DNA from: Candidatus Adlerbacteria bacterium RIFCSPHIGHO2_12_FULL_53_18
GTDB lineage: Bacteria > Patescibacteriota > Minisyncoccia > Phycocordibacterales > SBAW01
Length of the DNA stretch: 64,000 nucleotides
NCBI GenBank assembly: GCA_001775475.1
Contig: MEWW01000010.1
Coordinates: 5,143 to 69,142, forward strand
Direction: 5' to 3'
Shown here: one piece after another, positions 35,607 through 46,653 of the stretch
How positions within the stretch are numbered: the first letter of the stretch is position 1
Layout: each line of letters starts with the position of its first letter
Notes under the pieces: model-generated
The model's database searches: none
Told to the model about the DNA's origin: nothing
What the model saw: only the letters and a program-made list of their open reading frames with translations
Program-made: the position numbers and the translations under genes

Positions 35607-37025
35607 ATGGAGATGGAACTTAACGCACTGACCGCACTAAGCCCGGTGGACGGGAGGTATCGGCGCCACATCGTAGACCTGGTACCTCACATGAGCGAAT
35701 ATGGCCTTATCCGGGCGCGCCTCGAGGTACTTATCGAGTACCTGATAACGTTTTCTGAACATCGTGATACACCGCTGCGAGCATTTACGCCGACGGAGTA
35801 CAAGATGCTCAACGAGTTCAAGAAGGTGTCGGTTGAAAATGCCGCCATCATCAATAAAATCGAAACGCAGGGATATAAGGACATCAAGGCAACCAACCAC
35901 GATGTGGTCGCGGCGATCAAGTATCTGCGCATGGTGCTTCAAGGCACTTCGCTTGGCGATATCGTCGAGTGGGTGCACTTTGGCCGTACCTCGGAGGACG
36001 TTAATAACCTTGCCTACGCGCTCATGCTGCGGCGGGCAGCAAGCGTCCTCTTGGCAGAGGTTATTGCGGTGCGGGATGCACTGCGAAGCTTTGCCCTGCA
36101 GTATGCCGCACTTCCGATGCTTGGGCGTACTCACGGCCAACCCGCAACCCCAACGACACTCGGCAAAGAATTCAACGTGTTTGCCGAGCGCCTTACGAAG
36201 CACATCTTCAAGCTGCGGCAATTCGAACTCTTGGTGAAATGTAATGGGGCGAGCGGCAACTACAGTGCCGACGTGAAAGCGCTCCCCAAGGTCGAGTGGA
36301 TCAGCTTTACCTACGACTTTGTTCTGCGACTCAACAAAATATCTGCAGAAGAGAGATTGCTGCCCTTCGTCGTGAACGAGGTGACAACGCAAATCGAGCC
36401 CCATGACACCTACGCCGAGTTCTTCGGCATCTTCATGCGGATCAACACAATCCTGATCGGACTTTCACAGGATGTATGGCGTTACATCAGCGACGACTGG
36501 TTGATGCAAAAAACAGTCGAGGGCGAAGTTGGCTCCTCGGCCATGCCGCAGAAGGTCAACCCGATCGACGACGAGAACGCTGAAGGAAACTTGGGGTTGT
36601 CGAACGCGATGTTGGAATTTTTCTGTAGAAAGCTCCCCATCTCGCGCCTGCAGCGGGATCTCTCGGACTCCACGGTTGAGCGTGCGTTTGGGATGGCGCT
36701 CGGACACTCCCTCATCGGTTACAAGGCCCTGCTGAAGGGGCTTGGCAAGATCTCGGCCGACCAGGCCAAGATAATCACTGAACTTGAAAATCGTCCTGAA
36801 GTGCTCGCGGAGGCCATACAAACCATATTACGTCGCGAAGGCGTAAGCGGTGGATATGACCTCCTCAAGGAGGAAACTCGAGGCAAACCGGTGTCTCTTG
36901 CGAGTTTGCACAAAAGGATCGACTCGCTTGATATCCCGGAGGCCGTAAAGGAGGAGTTGCGAGCCTTAAAGCCCTCGAACTTTACGGGGCTTGCCGTGGC
37001 GCTGGCGGCCAGGTTCACCGACTAA
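35607..37025 (+). CDS. purB: adenylosuccinate lyase
   Basis: GGAGG RBS 8 nt upstream of ATG 35607. LSPVDGRY, HFGRTSEDVNN, fumarate-lyase signature GSSAMPQKVNPID. The ORF-track start 35577 is a GTG extension. Confidence 0.85.
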   Translation: MEMELNALTALSPVDGRYRRHIVDLVPHMSEYGLIRARLEVLIEYLITFSEHRDTPLRAFTPTEYKMLNEFKKVSVENAAIINKIETQGYKDIKATNHDVVAAIKYLRMVLQGTSLGDIVEWVHFGRTSEDVNNLAYALMLRRAASVLLAEVIAVRDALRSFALQYAALPMLGRTHGQPATPTTLGKEFNVFAERLTKHIFKLRQFELLVKCNGASGNYSADVKALPKVEWISFTYDFVLRLNKISAEERLLPFVVNEVTTQIEPHDTYAEFFGIFMRINTILIGLSQDVWRYISDDWLMQKTVEGEVGSSAMPQKVNPIDDENAEGNLGLSNAMLEFFCRKLPISRLQRDLSDSTVERAFGMALGHSLIGYKALLKGLGKISADQAKIITELENRPEVLAEAIQTILRREGVSGGYDLLKEETRGKPVSLASLHKRIDSLDIPEAVKEELRALKPSNFTGLAVALAARFTD

Positions 37026-37032
37026 CGAAAAA

Positions 37033-37071
37033 GGCCCCCCGCGAGACCATCCGCGGGGGCACTCATTTTTT
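37033..37071 (+). terminator. rho-independent terminator after purB
   Basis: ggcccccc-gcgagaccatccgc-gggggc hairpin then ctcatttttta. Confidence 0.7.
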
Positions 37072-37075
37072 AATA

Positions 37076-37219
37076 TTAGGAGCGGTCGACTACCACCGAA
37101 GCTGGCTCGCCAGACTGATTGGTTAGGATATGCGTGCCCCAGAAGGAGTACAGGGAGATGACCACCGCGGCTACCATAACCGCGCCTAAGACATCTTTGT
37201 TGGCCCTGACCTTCATCAT
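37076..37219 (-). CDS. 47-aa small membrane protein (hypothetical; below the ORF-track cutoff)
   Basis: Manual translation MMKVRANKDVLGAVMVAAVVISLYSFWGTHILTNQSGEPASVVVDRS*. Its stop lies beside the purB terminator hairpin. Confidence 0.25.
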   Translation of the reverse strand: MMKVRANKDVLGAVMVAAVVISLYSFWGTHILTNQSGEPASVVVDRS

Positions 37220-37455
37220 ATATAGAGGTATAACGCACGAGCAAGCTGTTTCTTACAAGAACCCCTAGTTAAAAGAAAAAGAGCGCCCAACTTCAAAGCG
37301 CTCAGGTTATCTGCTTCGACCCACCTATTACAGGCTCAAGGGGCCTAGATGGGGTTAGTCGTTGACCTACGTGGCGTACCGGCTTCGGAGGGCTCGGTCG
37401 TGGTGGCCAACGTCGAAGCATATGAAAACTGCGCTCTACATTACAGAATAAGTTA

Positions 37456-37806
37456 TTATTCCTTTAATGTCACCAGATGCAGGTGAAAGTGTTTAGGTAT
37501 CGACTTCTTTTTATAGACCGCCTCTATGACGTAGTCGTAGGTGTCGTTAATGTAAGAATGCTTTATCTCGCGTAACTCTTCTAACTCCTCGGCGGTAAGC
37601 TCGTGCTCCGTGATATGCCGCAGAGGTACCACCATGTCGTGCGCTCCAGCCACACGGTCGTAAGGAAAGTCATTTGAGACTATTTTCCAATACGTAAAGG
37701 TTTTACGTGCCGTGTCGCGACACAGTGGACAGCCGTTATCGAGGCCCCCTGCTTTAATGTAGTCCTGATATTTTTGCTCGCCTTCCGGCGTCCGTAAGGT
37801 AGCCAT
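37456..37806 (-). CDS. HIT (histidine triad) family protein
   Basis: C-terminal HFHLHLV (HxHxHxx) and an N-terminal nucleotide-binding fold pattern. 116 aa. Confidence 0.65.
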   Translation of the reverse strand: MATLRTPEGEQKYQDYIKAGGLDNGCPLCRDTARKTFTYWKIVSNDFPYDRVAGAHDMVVPLRHITEHELTAEELEELREIKHSYINDTYDYVIEAVYKKKSIPKHFHLHLVTLKE

Positions 37807-37894
37807 AACCAGAGCAGTATACCAATAAAAATCCCCGCCCGCGGTCGTGCGCCGCGGGCGGGGATGGGTAAAATCGTCATGGCTGTCGGAACAG

Positions 37895-38110
37895 CTAGAT
37901 GAATATTCCCAAAAAGTTGCACCAACTCCCCTTCGGGACCGTGCCGAAACGAGCGTCGTAGTTCTCGTGAGCGTCTTTGTAGTCCTTGCCCACGGAACAA
38001 CTACTGTTGTCGATATTATAGAGAAGGTATTGACCCTGCTGTCCGTCCTTCAGGGCTTCGCGCAGTTCGTTGAAGTCCTTCTCGACCTCTGGCGGTACTG
38101 GTGCTGACAT
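37895..38110 (-). CDS. small hypothetical protein (71 aa from the internal ATG with a GGAG RBS)
   Basis: MSAPVPPEVEKDFNELREALKDGQQGQYLLYNIDNSSCSVGKDYKDAHENYDARFG... GGAG lies 8 nt upstream of ATG 38110. The listed 95-aa version starts further upstream. Confidence 0.3.
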   Translation of the reverse strand: MSAPVPPEVEKDFNELREALKDGQQGQYLLYNIDNSSCSVGKDYKDAHENYDARFGTVPKGSWCNFLGIFI

Positions 38111-38206
38111 CTTGGTTGCTCCCAGGTTCGATTCCTGCGACACCTTACCACAATACCTCCTCAAAATCTTACCATTTGGCAAGGGTGTCGCATTGCCATG
38201 GGCTTA

Positions 38207-38593
38207 TCAATTTCTTAAGTTCTTTACTAGAACAAATATTGAAGCTCCGGTAAAAGCAATATCTGCCAACAGATAGAACCAAATACTTGACGCTACAGAT
38301 CCACCGGTAACATACACCCTAATGATTAGTAGAAAACTCAGAATGGTGAAGAGTGATAACCCGATCGCGAGAGAAAAAGCAAGAGAAAGGGGCATTTTCT
38401 TTCTTCCTAAAAACATGTCCATAGGGCTAGTGTAAAGTTCAGCAAATTCTTCATACTTCTCTCCAAAATTGTTTTTTATCCCTTTCCTTCTATTTCTGAT
38501 TGCTGTAATTGATAGACCTATAACTGCAATTAGTATAAAAGAGAAAGAAACTATATTCACTATTGAAGAAAAATCGAGAAGTTGAAAATTCAT
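38207..38593 (-). CDS. AT-rich small integral membrane protein (4 TM), hypothetical
   Basis: 128 aa, hydrophobic throughout. Local GC (~35%) is well below the ~58% of the flanks. Confidence 0.45.
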   Translation of the reverse strand: MNFQLLDFSSIVNIVSFSFILIAVIGLSITAIRNRRKGIKNNFGEKYEEFAELYTSPMDMFLGRKKMPLSLAFSLAIGLSLFTILSFLLIIRVYVTGGSVASSIWFYLLADIAFTGASIFVLVKNLRN

Positions 38594-38599
38594 GCAATT

Positions 38600-41068
<2,469 letters not shown>

Positions 41069-41071
41069 AGG

Positions 41072-41278
41072 TTACTCCTGCACCGCTTCAAGCGCCGAGG
41101 CGGCGTTGCTTGTGCCCTCGTTTACCACTGCGGGCACCGCGCCCCCAAGCCGGACACCAAGCGTAGCAAGCCACGCTATAAACAGCAGGCCGGTCACGAT
41201 TGCCGCAATGCGCATAGCGACTTGTCGTCGCTCGTGCGGCGTGTGGGTGTCTTGGATGTTTTCTATATATCTGCGCAT
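41072..41278 (-). CDS. small membrane protein upstream of gyrA (hypothetical)
   Basis: 68 aa, one TM (IAAIVTGLLFIAWLATLGV). Confidence 0.3.
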   Translation of the reverse strand: MRRYIENIQDTHTPHERRQVAMRIAAIVTGLLFIAWLATLGVRLGGAVPAVVNEGTSNAASALEAVQE

Positions 41279-41283
41279 AGGGT

Positions 41284-41901
41284 TTATGACTGCAAGACCA
41301 CTATCTCGTCTTCTTTGCCCTCCAGGTCTTTGCGCTTTACCGTAAGCTTGTCTATCGGTTTAACATCCTCGCCCGCTTCTTTAAGAAAGCGCTTGAGCTG
41401 CTCCTCCGTATAGTGCATCGGGATCACCACCTTAGGCTCCAATTGTACCGCAAGCGCGTAGGCTTGGCTGTAGTCTAAAACCCCTTCGCCTCCAATCGGC
41501 ACAAACAGGATATCAATGTCGTCGAGACCCTCTATAGCTTCTTTCGAGAGCTGGTCGGTGCCAAGTGCGCCTAAAAATGCCAAGTTCATGCCCTCAAGCA
41601 AGATACTGTAAATTGTGTTGATACTCTTCTCTCCCCCGTAGGTGCTCTCGGATGCAAAGCCACGCACCGCAACTCCCTTAACCTCATATTCGCCGGGGCC
41701 GGTTATTACAAACGGCGCCCGCTCGCCAAAGCCCACTTGCTCAATACCGTTAAAGTCTTCATGGTCCAAGGTTGTGAGCACGATGTCGGAGCCAAACTTC
41801 GGGGCTTTAAGCGAAGAGTCTTTAGACGGCGGGTTTATGGCTATAGTGAGGTCACCCTGGGTGACCTTAAAGCACTCGCCGCCGAGGTAGGTTATTACCA
41901 T
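41284..41901 (-). CDS. metallo-beta-lactamase-fold metal-dependent hydrolase (UPF0173-like)
   Basis: MVITYLGGECFKV..., MBL-fold pattern with His/Asp clusters (TLDHEDF, PMHY). 205 aa. Confidence 0.55.
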   Translation of the reverse strand: MVITYLGGECFKVTQGDLTIAINPPSKDSSLKAPKFGSDIVLTTLDHEDFNGIEQVGFGERAPFVITGPGEYEVKGVAVRGFASESTYGGEKSINTIYSILLEGMNLAFLGALGTDQLSKEAIEGLDDIDILFVPIGGEGVLDYSQAYALAVQLEPKVVIPMHYTEEQLKRFLKEAGEDVKPIDKLTVKRKDLEGKEDEIVVLQS

Positions 41902-42008
41902 AATGTACCCTTAATTATAGCATTATTTGGTACATTTTAAAAGCGTGATAAAGTCTACCGATGCGCCTTTTTTAGGGTGGCAAAAGTTCTACGAGGAGAC
42001 GGAATGCG

Positions 42009-42230
42009 ATGAAGAAGGATGACAAGAAATTGGATAAACCTTTTCTCGACAAATATCCTCAAAATGTGCGGCGATTTGGGCGGAAAAGGGTTCCAAAACA
42101 GATGACCGACCTCACCAAGTCGCCAGACCAGCAGCGGCAAGGTCCGCACCCAAAAGGGGTTATAGGCGAAGGTGATGCCGGATGGGATTTGGAAGAACAC
42201 GATCCCAAACCTGTTCTCCGTACCTGGTGA
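42009..42230 (+). CDS. small basic hydrophilic protein (73 aa), hypothetical
   Basis: GAGGAG RBS ~9 nt upstream of the ATG. Lys/Arg/Pro-rich with no TM. Confidence 0.3.
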   Translation: MKKDDKKLDKPFLDKYPQNVRRFGRKRVPKQMTDLTKSPDQQRQGPHPKGVIGEGDAGWDLEEHDPKPVLRTW

Positions 42231-42250
42231 TCATTTTTCGACATGTCCGT

Positions 42251-42280
42251 GGCTCGCGCGCTTGCGCGAGCCTTTTGTTC
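42251..42280 (+). terminator. rho-independent terminator
   Basis: ggctcgcgcg-ctt-gcgcgagcc then ttttgttc. Confidence 0.65.
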
Positions 42281-42486
42281 TCCGCGGCGGTTTTCTTATT
42301 TATAGAATATTGACCAAAAAACTAACTGGTAGTACAAACTAGTTAGACACTGTTTAAAAGGTCGATGCTCGGAAAACCCAAGCCCATAAGCTAGGTAATC
42401 GTCGGCCAGATTTCTACAACGCCTACCCTGGTGCATTCAGGATGCCAATGTAGAAAGGGGCGTGGTCCTAAATTAAGAATTGTCTA

Positions 42487-42520
42487 CCCGCGCGATGCAC
42501 CGCGCGGGCTTTTCTTTTTT
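42487..42520 (+). terminator. rho-independent terminator or attenuator hairpin ~100 nt upstream of rpsA
   Basis: cccgcgcg-atgcac-cgcgcggg then cttttctttttt. Confidence 0.6.
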
Positions 42521-42622
42521 AGAAATATCGTGTATAGTCCCTAGCAATAAAGGGTTTCTACCTTTTATTAGCACGCACAGGAGTAAACCCCGCAGGGGCC
42601 CCTGACGTAAAACTAAATAACT

Positions 42623-43723
42623 ATGGTTACAAAAGAACTCATTGTTGAGGCCGAGGCACCTGTATCTTTGATGCAGGGTTTTGCCTTGCGCGCGCCCGAG
42701 CCGCCTAAAGAGGGCGACATTGTCGAGGGCAAGGTTATCGCTCTTGACCGCGCGCGGCTTTACATCAACCTCCCCCCATTCGGTACCGGCATCATCTTTG
42801 GCCGCGAGTACATGAACGCCCGCGAGGTCATCAAGCGCACCAACCTTGGCGACGTTATCGCCGCAAAAGTAATTTCAACCACGAGCAAAGAGGGCTACAT
42901 CGAGCTCAGCCTCAAAGAGGCGCGCCAGGCTATAGTGTGGGCTGAAGCCGAAGAGGCGGTTAAAGACAAGCGCCAGCTCGAGCTCCTGGTTAAAGAGGCA
43001 AACAAGGGCGGGCTCATTTTGGAGTGGCAGGGGTTGGCGGGCTTTCTCCCCGCAAGCCAGCTTAAGGCCGAGCACTACCCTAGAGTTGTAGACGGCGACA
43101 AAGACAAAATCCTCGACGAGCTGCGCAAACTGGTAGGCACTCGGATCGCGGTCTCGATAATCGGCGCCCAGCCCAAAGAAGGCAAACTTATCTTCTCCGA
43201 GAAAGGCGTTGACGACAAAGAAAAGCGCGAGCTTATCCAAAACTACGCCGTGGGTGACGTGGTGGAGGGCGAGGTCACCGGCATGGTGGACTTCGGCGTC
43301 TTTGTAAAACTCGAAGAGGGTTTGGAAGGCCTGGTCCATATTTCAGAAATCGACTGGGGCTTGGTAGACGACCCGCGCCACTTCTTCAAGGTCGGCGACA
43401 AGCCCAAGGTCAAGATAATCGACATTAAAGAAGGCAAGGTCTCGCTTTCGGTCAAACAGCTCAAAGAAAACCCATGGAAGAGCGCCGAGACCAAATACAA
43501 CAAAGGCGACAAAGTGGAGGGCGTGGTGATCAAGTTTAACAAGCACGGCGCACTCGCCTCTATCGAGGAAGGTATCGCAGGGCTGGTGCACATAAGCGAG
43601 TTTGGCACCGAAGAAAAGCTCCGTAGCTCGCTCGAGCTCGGCAAACGCTACCCCTTTTCCATTTCCCTCTTTGACCCCAAAGAGATGCGCATGGCGCTCT
43701 CGTTTACCGGAGAGAAAAAGTAA
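42623..43723 (+). CDS. rpsA: 30S ribosomal protein S1 (four S1 domains)
   Basis: Repeated S1 OB-fold units (GDIVEGKVI..., GDVVEGEVTGMVDFGVFVKL, GDKVEGVVIKFNKHGALASI). 366 aa. Confidence 0.8.
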   Translation: MVTKELIVEAEAPVSLMQGFALRAPEPPKEGDIVEGKVIALDRARLYINLPPFGTGIIFGREYMNAREVIKRTNLGDVIAAKVISTTSKEGYIELSLKEARQAIVWAEAEEAVKDKRQLELLVKEANKGGLILEWQGLAGFLPASQLKAEHYPRVVDGDKDKILDELRKLVGTRIAVSIIGAQPKEGKLIFSEKGVDDKEKRELIQNYAVGDVVEGEVTGMVDFGVFVKLEEGLEGLVHISEIDWGLVDDPRHFFKVGDKPKVKIIDIKEGKVSLSVKQLKENPWKSAETKYNKGDKVEGVVIKFNKHGALASIEEGIAGLVHISEFGTEEKLRSSLELGKRYPFSISLFDPKEMRMALSFTGEKK

Positions 43724-43746
43724 TTTATAACTCTTGTGTAGTTGAT

Positions 43747-44256
43747 TTATCTCCCGTTGATTGCAGTCATTGCTTTCCCCAAACCCTCAGTCATCAGAAT
43801 TTCGAGGCCCTCTTTGACGCTTTTACGAGCCACTTTGAGCTCTGCTTCATCGCTTGATTTGAATTTGCCCAACACATCGGGCTTCTTTACTGCGCCACTC
43901 TTCTTCTCCGCCGAAATACCAATGCGAAAGCGCACATAATTCTTGGTTTTTACTGCGCGCTCGACAGACTCCACCCCCTTATGCCCTGCCGAGCCCCTAC
44001 CAAAAGAGATTTTTACCGTTCCTAAAGGTAAATCAAGGTCGTCATGCAACACCACGAGCTGCTCTGCGGCTTTTGCGGACTTAATATACGGCTTTACTGC
44101 GCTCCCCGACTTGTTCATAAATGTATCGGGCGTTACTACAGTAGCTTTTTTGGGCAAATCATCTGCACAAGCGAGCAAAAACTCTCTACCAACGTTATGG
44201 CGTGTGTGTTCGTACTCTTTCCCCGGGTTGCCTAAGCCTACTAATACCCATTGCAT
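43747..44256 (-). CDS. pth: peptidyl-tRNA hydrolase
   Basis: MQWVLVGLGNPGKEYEHTRHNVG, GHKGV, 169 aa. Confidence 0.85.
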   Translation of the reverse strand: MQWVLVGLGNPGKEYEHTRHNVGREFLLACADDLPKKATVVTPDTFMNKSGSAVKPYIKSAKAAEQLVVLHDDLDLPLGTVKISFGRGSAGHKGVESVERAVKTKNYVRFRIGISAEKKSGAVKKPDVLGKFKSSDEAELKVARKSVKEGLEILMTEGLGKAMTAINGR

Positions 44257-44313
44257 GTGTCCTAATGTAGCAAACTGCTTGCATTAACGCGAGAGTGACA
44301 TACAATTACTCTC

Positions 44314-44868
44314 ATGCCAGAGGAGAAGAGTGAGAATATCTTCACCGAACTCCTAAAATTCGCCCTTGTTGCCGTAATCATCGTGGTACCGGTGCGCCTT
44401 TTTGTTGCACAGCCCTTTATCGTATCCGGCGCTTCTATGGTACCGACCTTTGAAAACGGTCAGTATCTCATTGTCGACGAGCTTTCTTACCGCTTTGACG
44501 AGCCTGACCGAGGCGATGTCGTTATTTTTAAATACCCGAAGGATCCTTCGCAATATTTCATCAAGCGCCTCATCGGGCTCCCCGGCGAAACCATACGCAT
44601 CACCGAAAGCAGCGTTACCGTAACCAAAACAGACGGCTCGAGCGTCGTGCTTGACGAGTCGTACGTAGTTAACGAAGGCAACGGCGGTAGTTTGACCGTG
44701 GAGCTCGAGAACGACGAGTACTTTGCCATGGGCGACAACCGGCCCGAGAGTTCCGACTCGCGGATGTGGGGTATCTTGCCGAAAGAAAATATTGTCGGCC
44801 GGGCCTTAGTGCGCCTGCTGCCTATACAAAACGCGACTCTCTTACCGGGAAGTACACCAGCACAATAA
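44314..44868 (+). CDS. lepB: signal peptidase I
   Basis: TM anchor, SGASMVPTF (catalytic Ser), GDVVIFKYP, KRLIGLPGETI (catalytic Lys), GDNRPESSDSR. Confidence 0.8.
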   Translation: MPEEKSENIFTELLKFALVAVIIVVPVRLFVAQPFIVSGASMVPTFENGQYLIVDELSYRFDEPDRGDVVIFKYPKDPSQYFIKRLIGLPGETIRITESSVTVTKTDGSSVVLDESYVVNEGNGGSLTVELENDEYFAMGDNRPESSDSRMWGILPKENIVGRALVRLLPIQNATLLPGSTPAQ

Positions 44869-46017
44869 TTGTTGATGAAAAGCCCTTCTTCTTTCTTAAG
44901 ACACGCGAGTGACGTCGCTACCTTCTACGGCTTTCGGCCCGTACGTGAGGTGGAAAAAGAGGTTCCGCGCTCTGCGGTGCTGCTCCCGCGCAGCAGAGCG
45001 CCGCACACTTTTATGAGTGCGGCGCATGTATGCGCTGCGCACGCTGCCTTAAAGCCCGGAGAACCTGTGCTGGCCTTTTATGCCACACCCGCGCCCGAGT
45101 ATGCGCCGTACACGCTACCGCCCCGCGAGACGGCGGAGTTCGGCCTGCAGGTCATGGGCACCGGCGAGAGCGTGGGAGAAATCCTGCTTCTCAAGACGCT
45201 TATCATGATTGCGGAGGAGTGGGGAGCGAAGCCGCGTGCCGTGCGGTTTAATGCGCTTGGCGACCGCGACTCCCAGCAGCGATTTCAGCGCGAGTTGGGG
45301 ATTTTTGTCCGCAAGCAGGTAGAGCGACTCGACCCTGCCTGCCGCGACGACGTTCTTAAAAATCCGCTCATGATCTACCACTGCCGCTTGGAGAGCTGTC
45401 AGAGAACTGCCCTGGAAGCTCCTCACCCCACGCATTTTCTCTCCGAAAAGAGCCGGGATCATTTCCGTTCGGTGTTGGAGCATGCAGAACATCTGGGGCT
45501 TCCCTACGAGCTCGACGACACGTTGGTGGGCGACGAGCGAGGAGCCCACACGCTTTTTGCGCTCGACTTTACAGACGGCGACTCGACGGTTATGGCGTGT
45601 GTCGGCGGCCGCTACGACGAGTATCTCCGCCGCGAGACGCGGCAGAAAGAGAGCACGGGTGTGGGTGCGAGTATTTTTTTCCGAAAGAGCGGCTTAAAGC
45701 CGGGCATCTACTCCGCCGAGCGGCGCACACACAAGCCGAAAGTGTACTTTGCTCAGCTGGGGTTGCGCGCAAAGATTCAGGGGCTTGCGGTTATCGACAT
45801 GCTGCGCGCGGCTCGCGTGCCGGCATGGCAATCGTTCAATACCGCCCACCTCTCGGTACAGCTTGCCGCCGCGCGCGAGAAAGGCGTCTCCCATCTCCTC
45901 ATCATGGGCCAGCGGGAAGCTCTCGACGGCACGCTTATCGTACGTTCGATGCAAAACAGCTCGCAGACGACTATTATGTTGACCGAAGTGCCCCGGTTTT
46001 TAAAAACGCTTAGGTAA
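44869..46017 (+). CDS. histidyl-tRNA synthetase-like class II aaRS protein with a divergent N-terminal region
   Basis: HisRS motif-3-like ACVGGRYDEYL and a C-terminal anticodon-binding-domain pattern (VYFAQLG...AVIDMLRAARV...LIMGQREALDGTLIVRSMQNSSQ). N-terminal motifs 1/2 are not recognisable. The likely start is ATG 44875, right after the lepB stop. Confidence 0.5.
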   Translation: MLMKSPSSFLRHASDVATFYGFRPVREVEKEVPRSAVLLPRSRAPHTFMSAAHVCAAHAALKPGEPVLAFYATPAPEYAPYTLPPRETAEFGLQVMGTGESVGEILLLKTLIMIAEEWGAKPRAVRFNALGDRDSQQRFQRELGIFVRKQVERLDPACRDDVLKNPLMIYHCRLESCQRTALEAPHPTHFLSEKSRDHFRSVLEHAEHLGLPYELDDTLVGDERGAHTLFALDFTDGDSTVMACVGGRYDEYLRRETRQKESTGVGASIFFRKSGLKPGIYSAERRTHKPKVYFAQLGLRAKIQGLAVIDMLRAARVPAWQSFNTAHLSVQLAAAREKGVSHLLIMGQREALDGTLIVRSMQNSSQTTIMLTEVPRFLKTLR

Positions 46018-46056
46018 GTTGCAGCGGATATTTTTTCGTGTTAGTATTGCTCCGCA

Positions 46057-46311
46057 ATGGCAGTAAATGCAGAGGTGCAAAAAAACGAGTCTGAAACGGC
46101 GGTCAACTTGATCCGCCGCTTTAGCAAACGCGTGCAGGGCGTGGGGCTTATCCAAGGCCTACGCAAGCGCCGCTACTACTCCCGCGACAAATCTAAGCTC
46201 GTGCGCCGTAAGCACACGCTCAAGGTCATTAAGCGGCGCGAAGAGGTTGCTGAACTCATCAAGATGGGCAAGATACTCGAGCGTCCTCCGCGCCGAGGCA
46301 GGAGACGCTAA
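46057..46311 (+). CDS. rpsU: 30S ribosomal protein S21-like
   Basis: Basic 84-aa protein; LIRRFSKRVQ resembles S21 ALRRFKR; Arg-rich C-terminus. Confidence 0.45.
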   Translation: MAVNAEVQKNESETAVNLIRRFSKRVQGVGLIQGLRKRRYYSRDKSKLVRRKHTLKVIKRREEVAELIKMGKILERPPRRGRRR

Positions 46312-46314
46312 CTA

Positions 46315-46653
46315 ATGCGACAAGCAGAGCTTTTTAAACGCTTGCAAAAAGAGGTACTGGGCCCGCACTACGACCTACAGCACGCTTTTTTGTCTCCCAA
46401 AGAGATGCGCAAGGTAACCCTCCGCACTAAAAACAAGAACAAAGTGTCTAATGTCCTTTCTTTTCCTCTCTCTAAAACGTCGGGAGAGATACTTATCTGC
46501 AAAAAAGCGGCCGCACCCTACTCGGTCCCCTACCTTTTTATCCACGGATTACTGCACCTGAAAGGCTTCAAACATAGTGCTAGAATGGAAAGCGCTGAGC
46601 AAGAGCTCTTAGCGCGTCATTCTTTGCATGCAAAAAATCGTCACCGGTATTGA
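46315..46653 (+). CDS. ybeY: rRNA maturation endoribonuclease YbeY (short)
   Basis: HGLLHLKGFKH metal-binding motif (HGxLHLxGxxH), 112 aa. Confidence 0.6.
   Translation: MRQAELFKRLQKEVLGPHYDLQHAFLSPKEMRKVTLRTKNKNKVSNVLSFPLSKTSGEILICKKAAAPYSVPYLFIHGLLHLKGFKHSARMESAEQELLARHSLHAKNRHRY

Noticed and set aside
38111-38150. ggttcgattcctg tRNA T-arm-like sequence on the plus strand
   Set aside because: No acceptor or anticodon arms could be built. It lies in the 5' leader or N-terminus of a small minus-strand ORF. It is probably a chance match or a decayed tRNA fragment.
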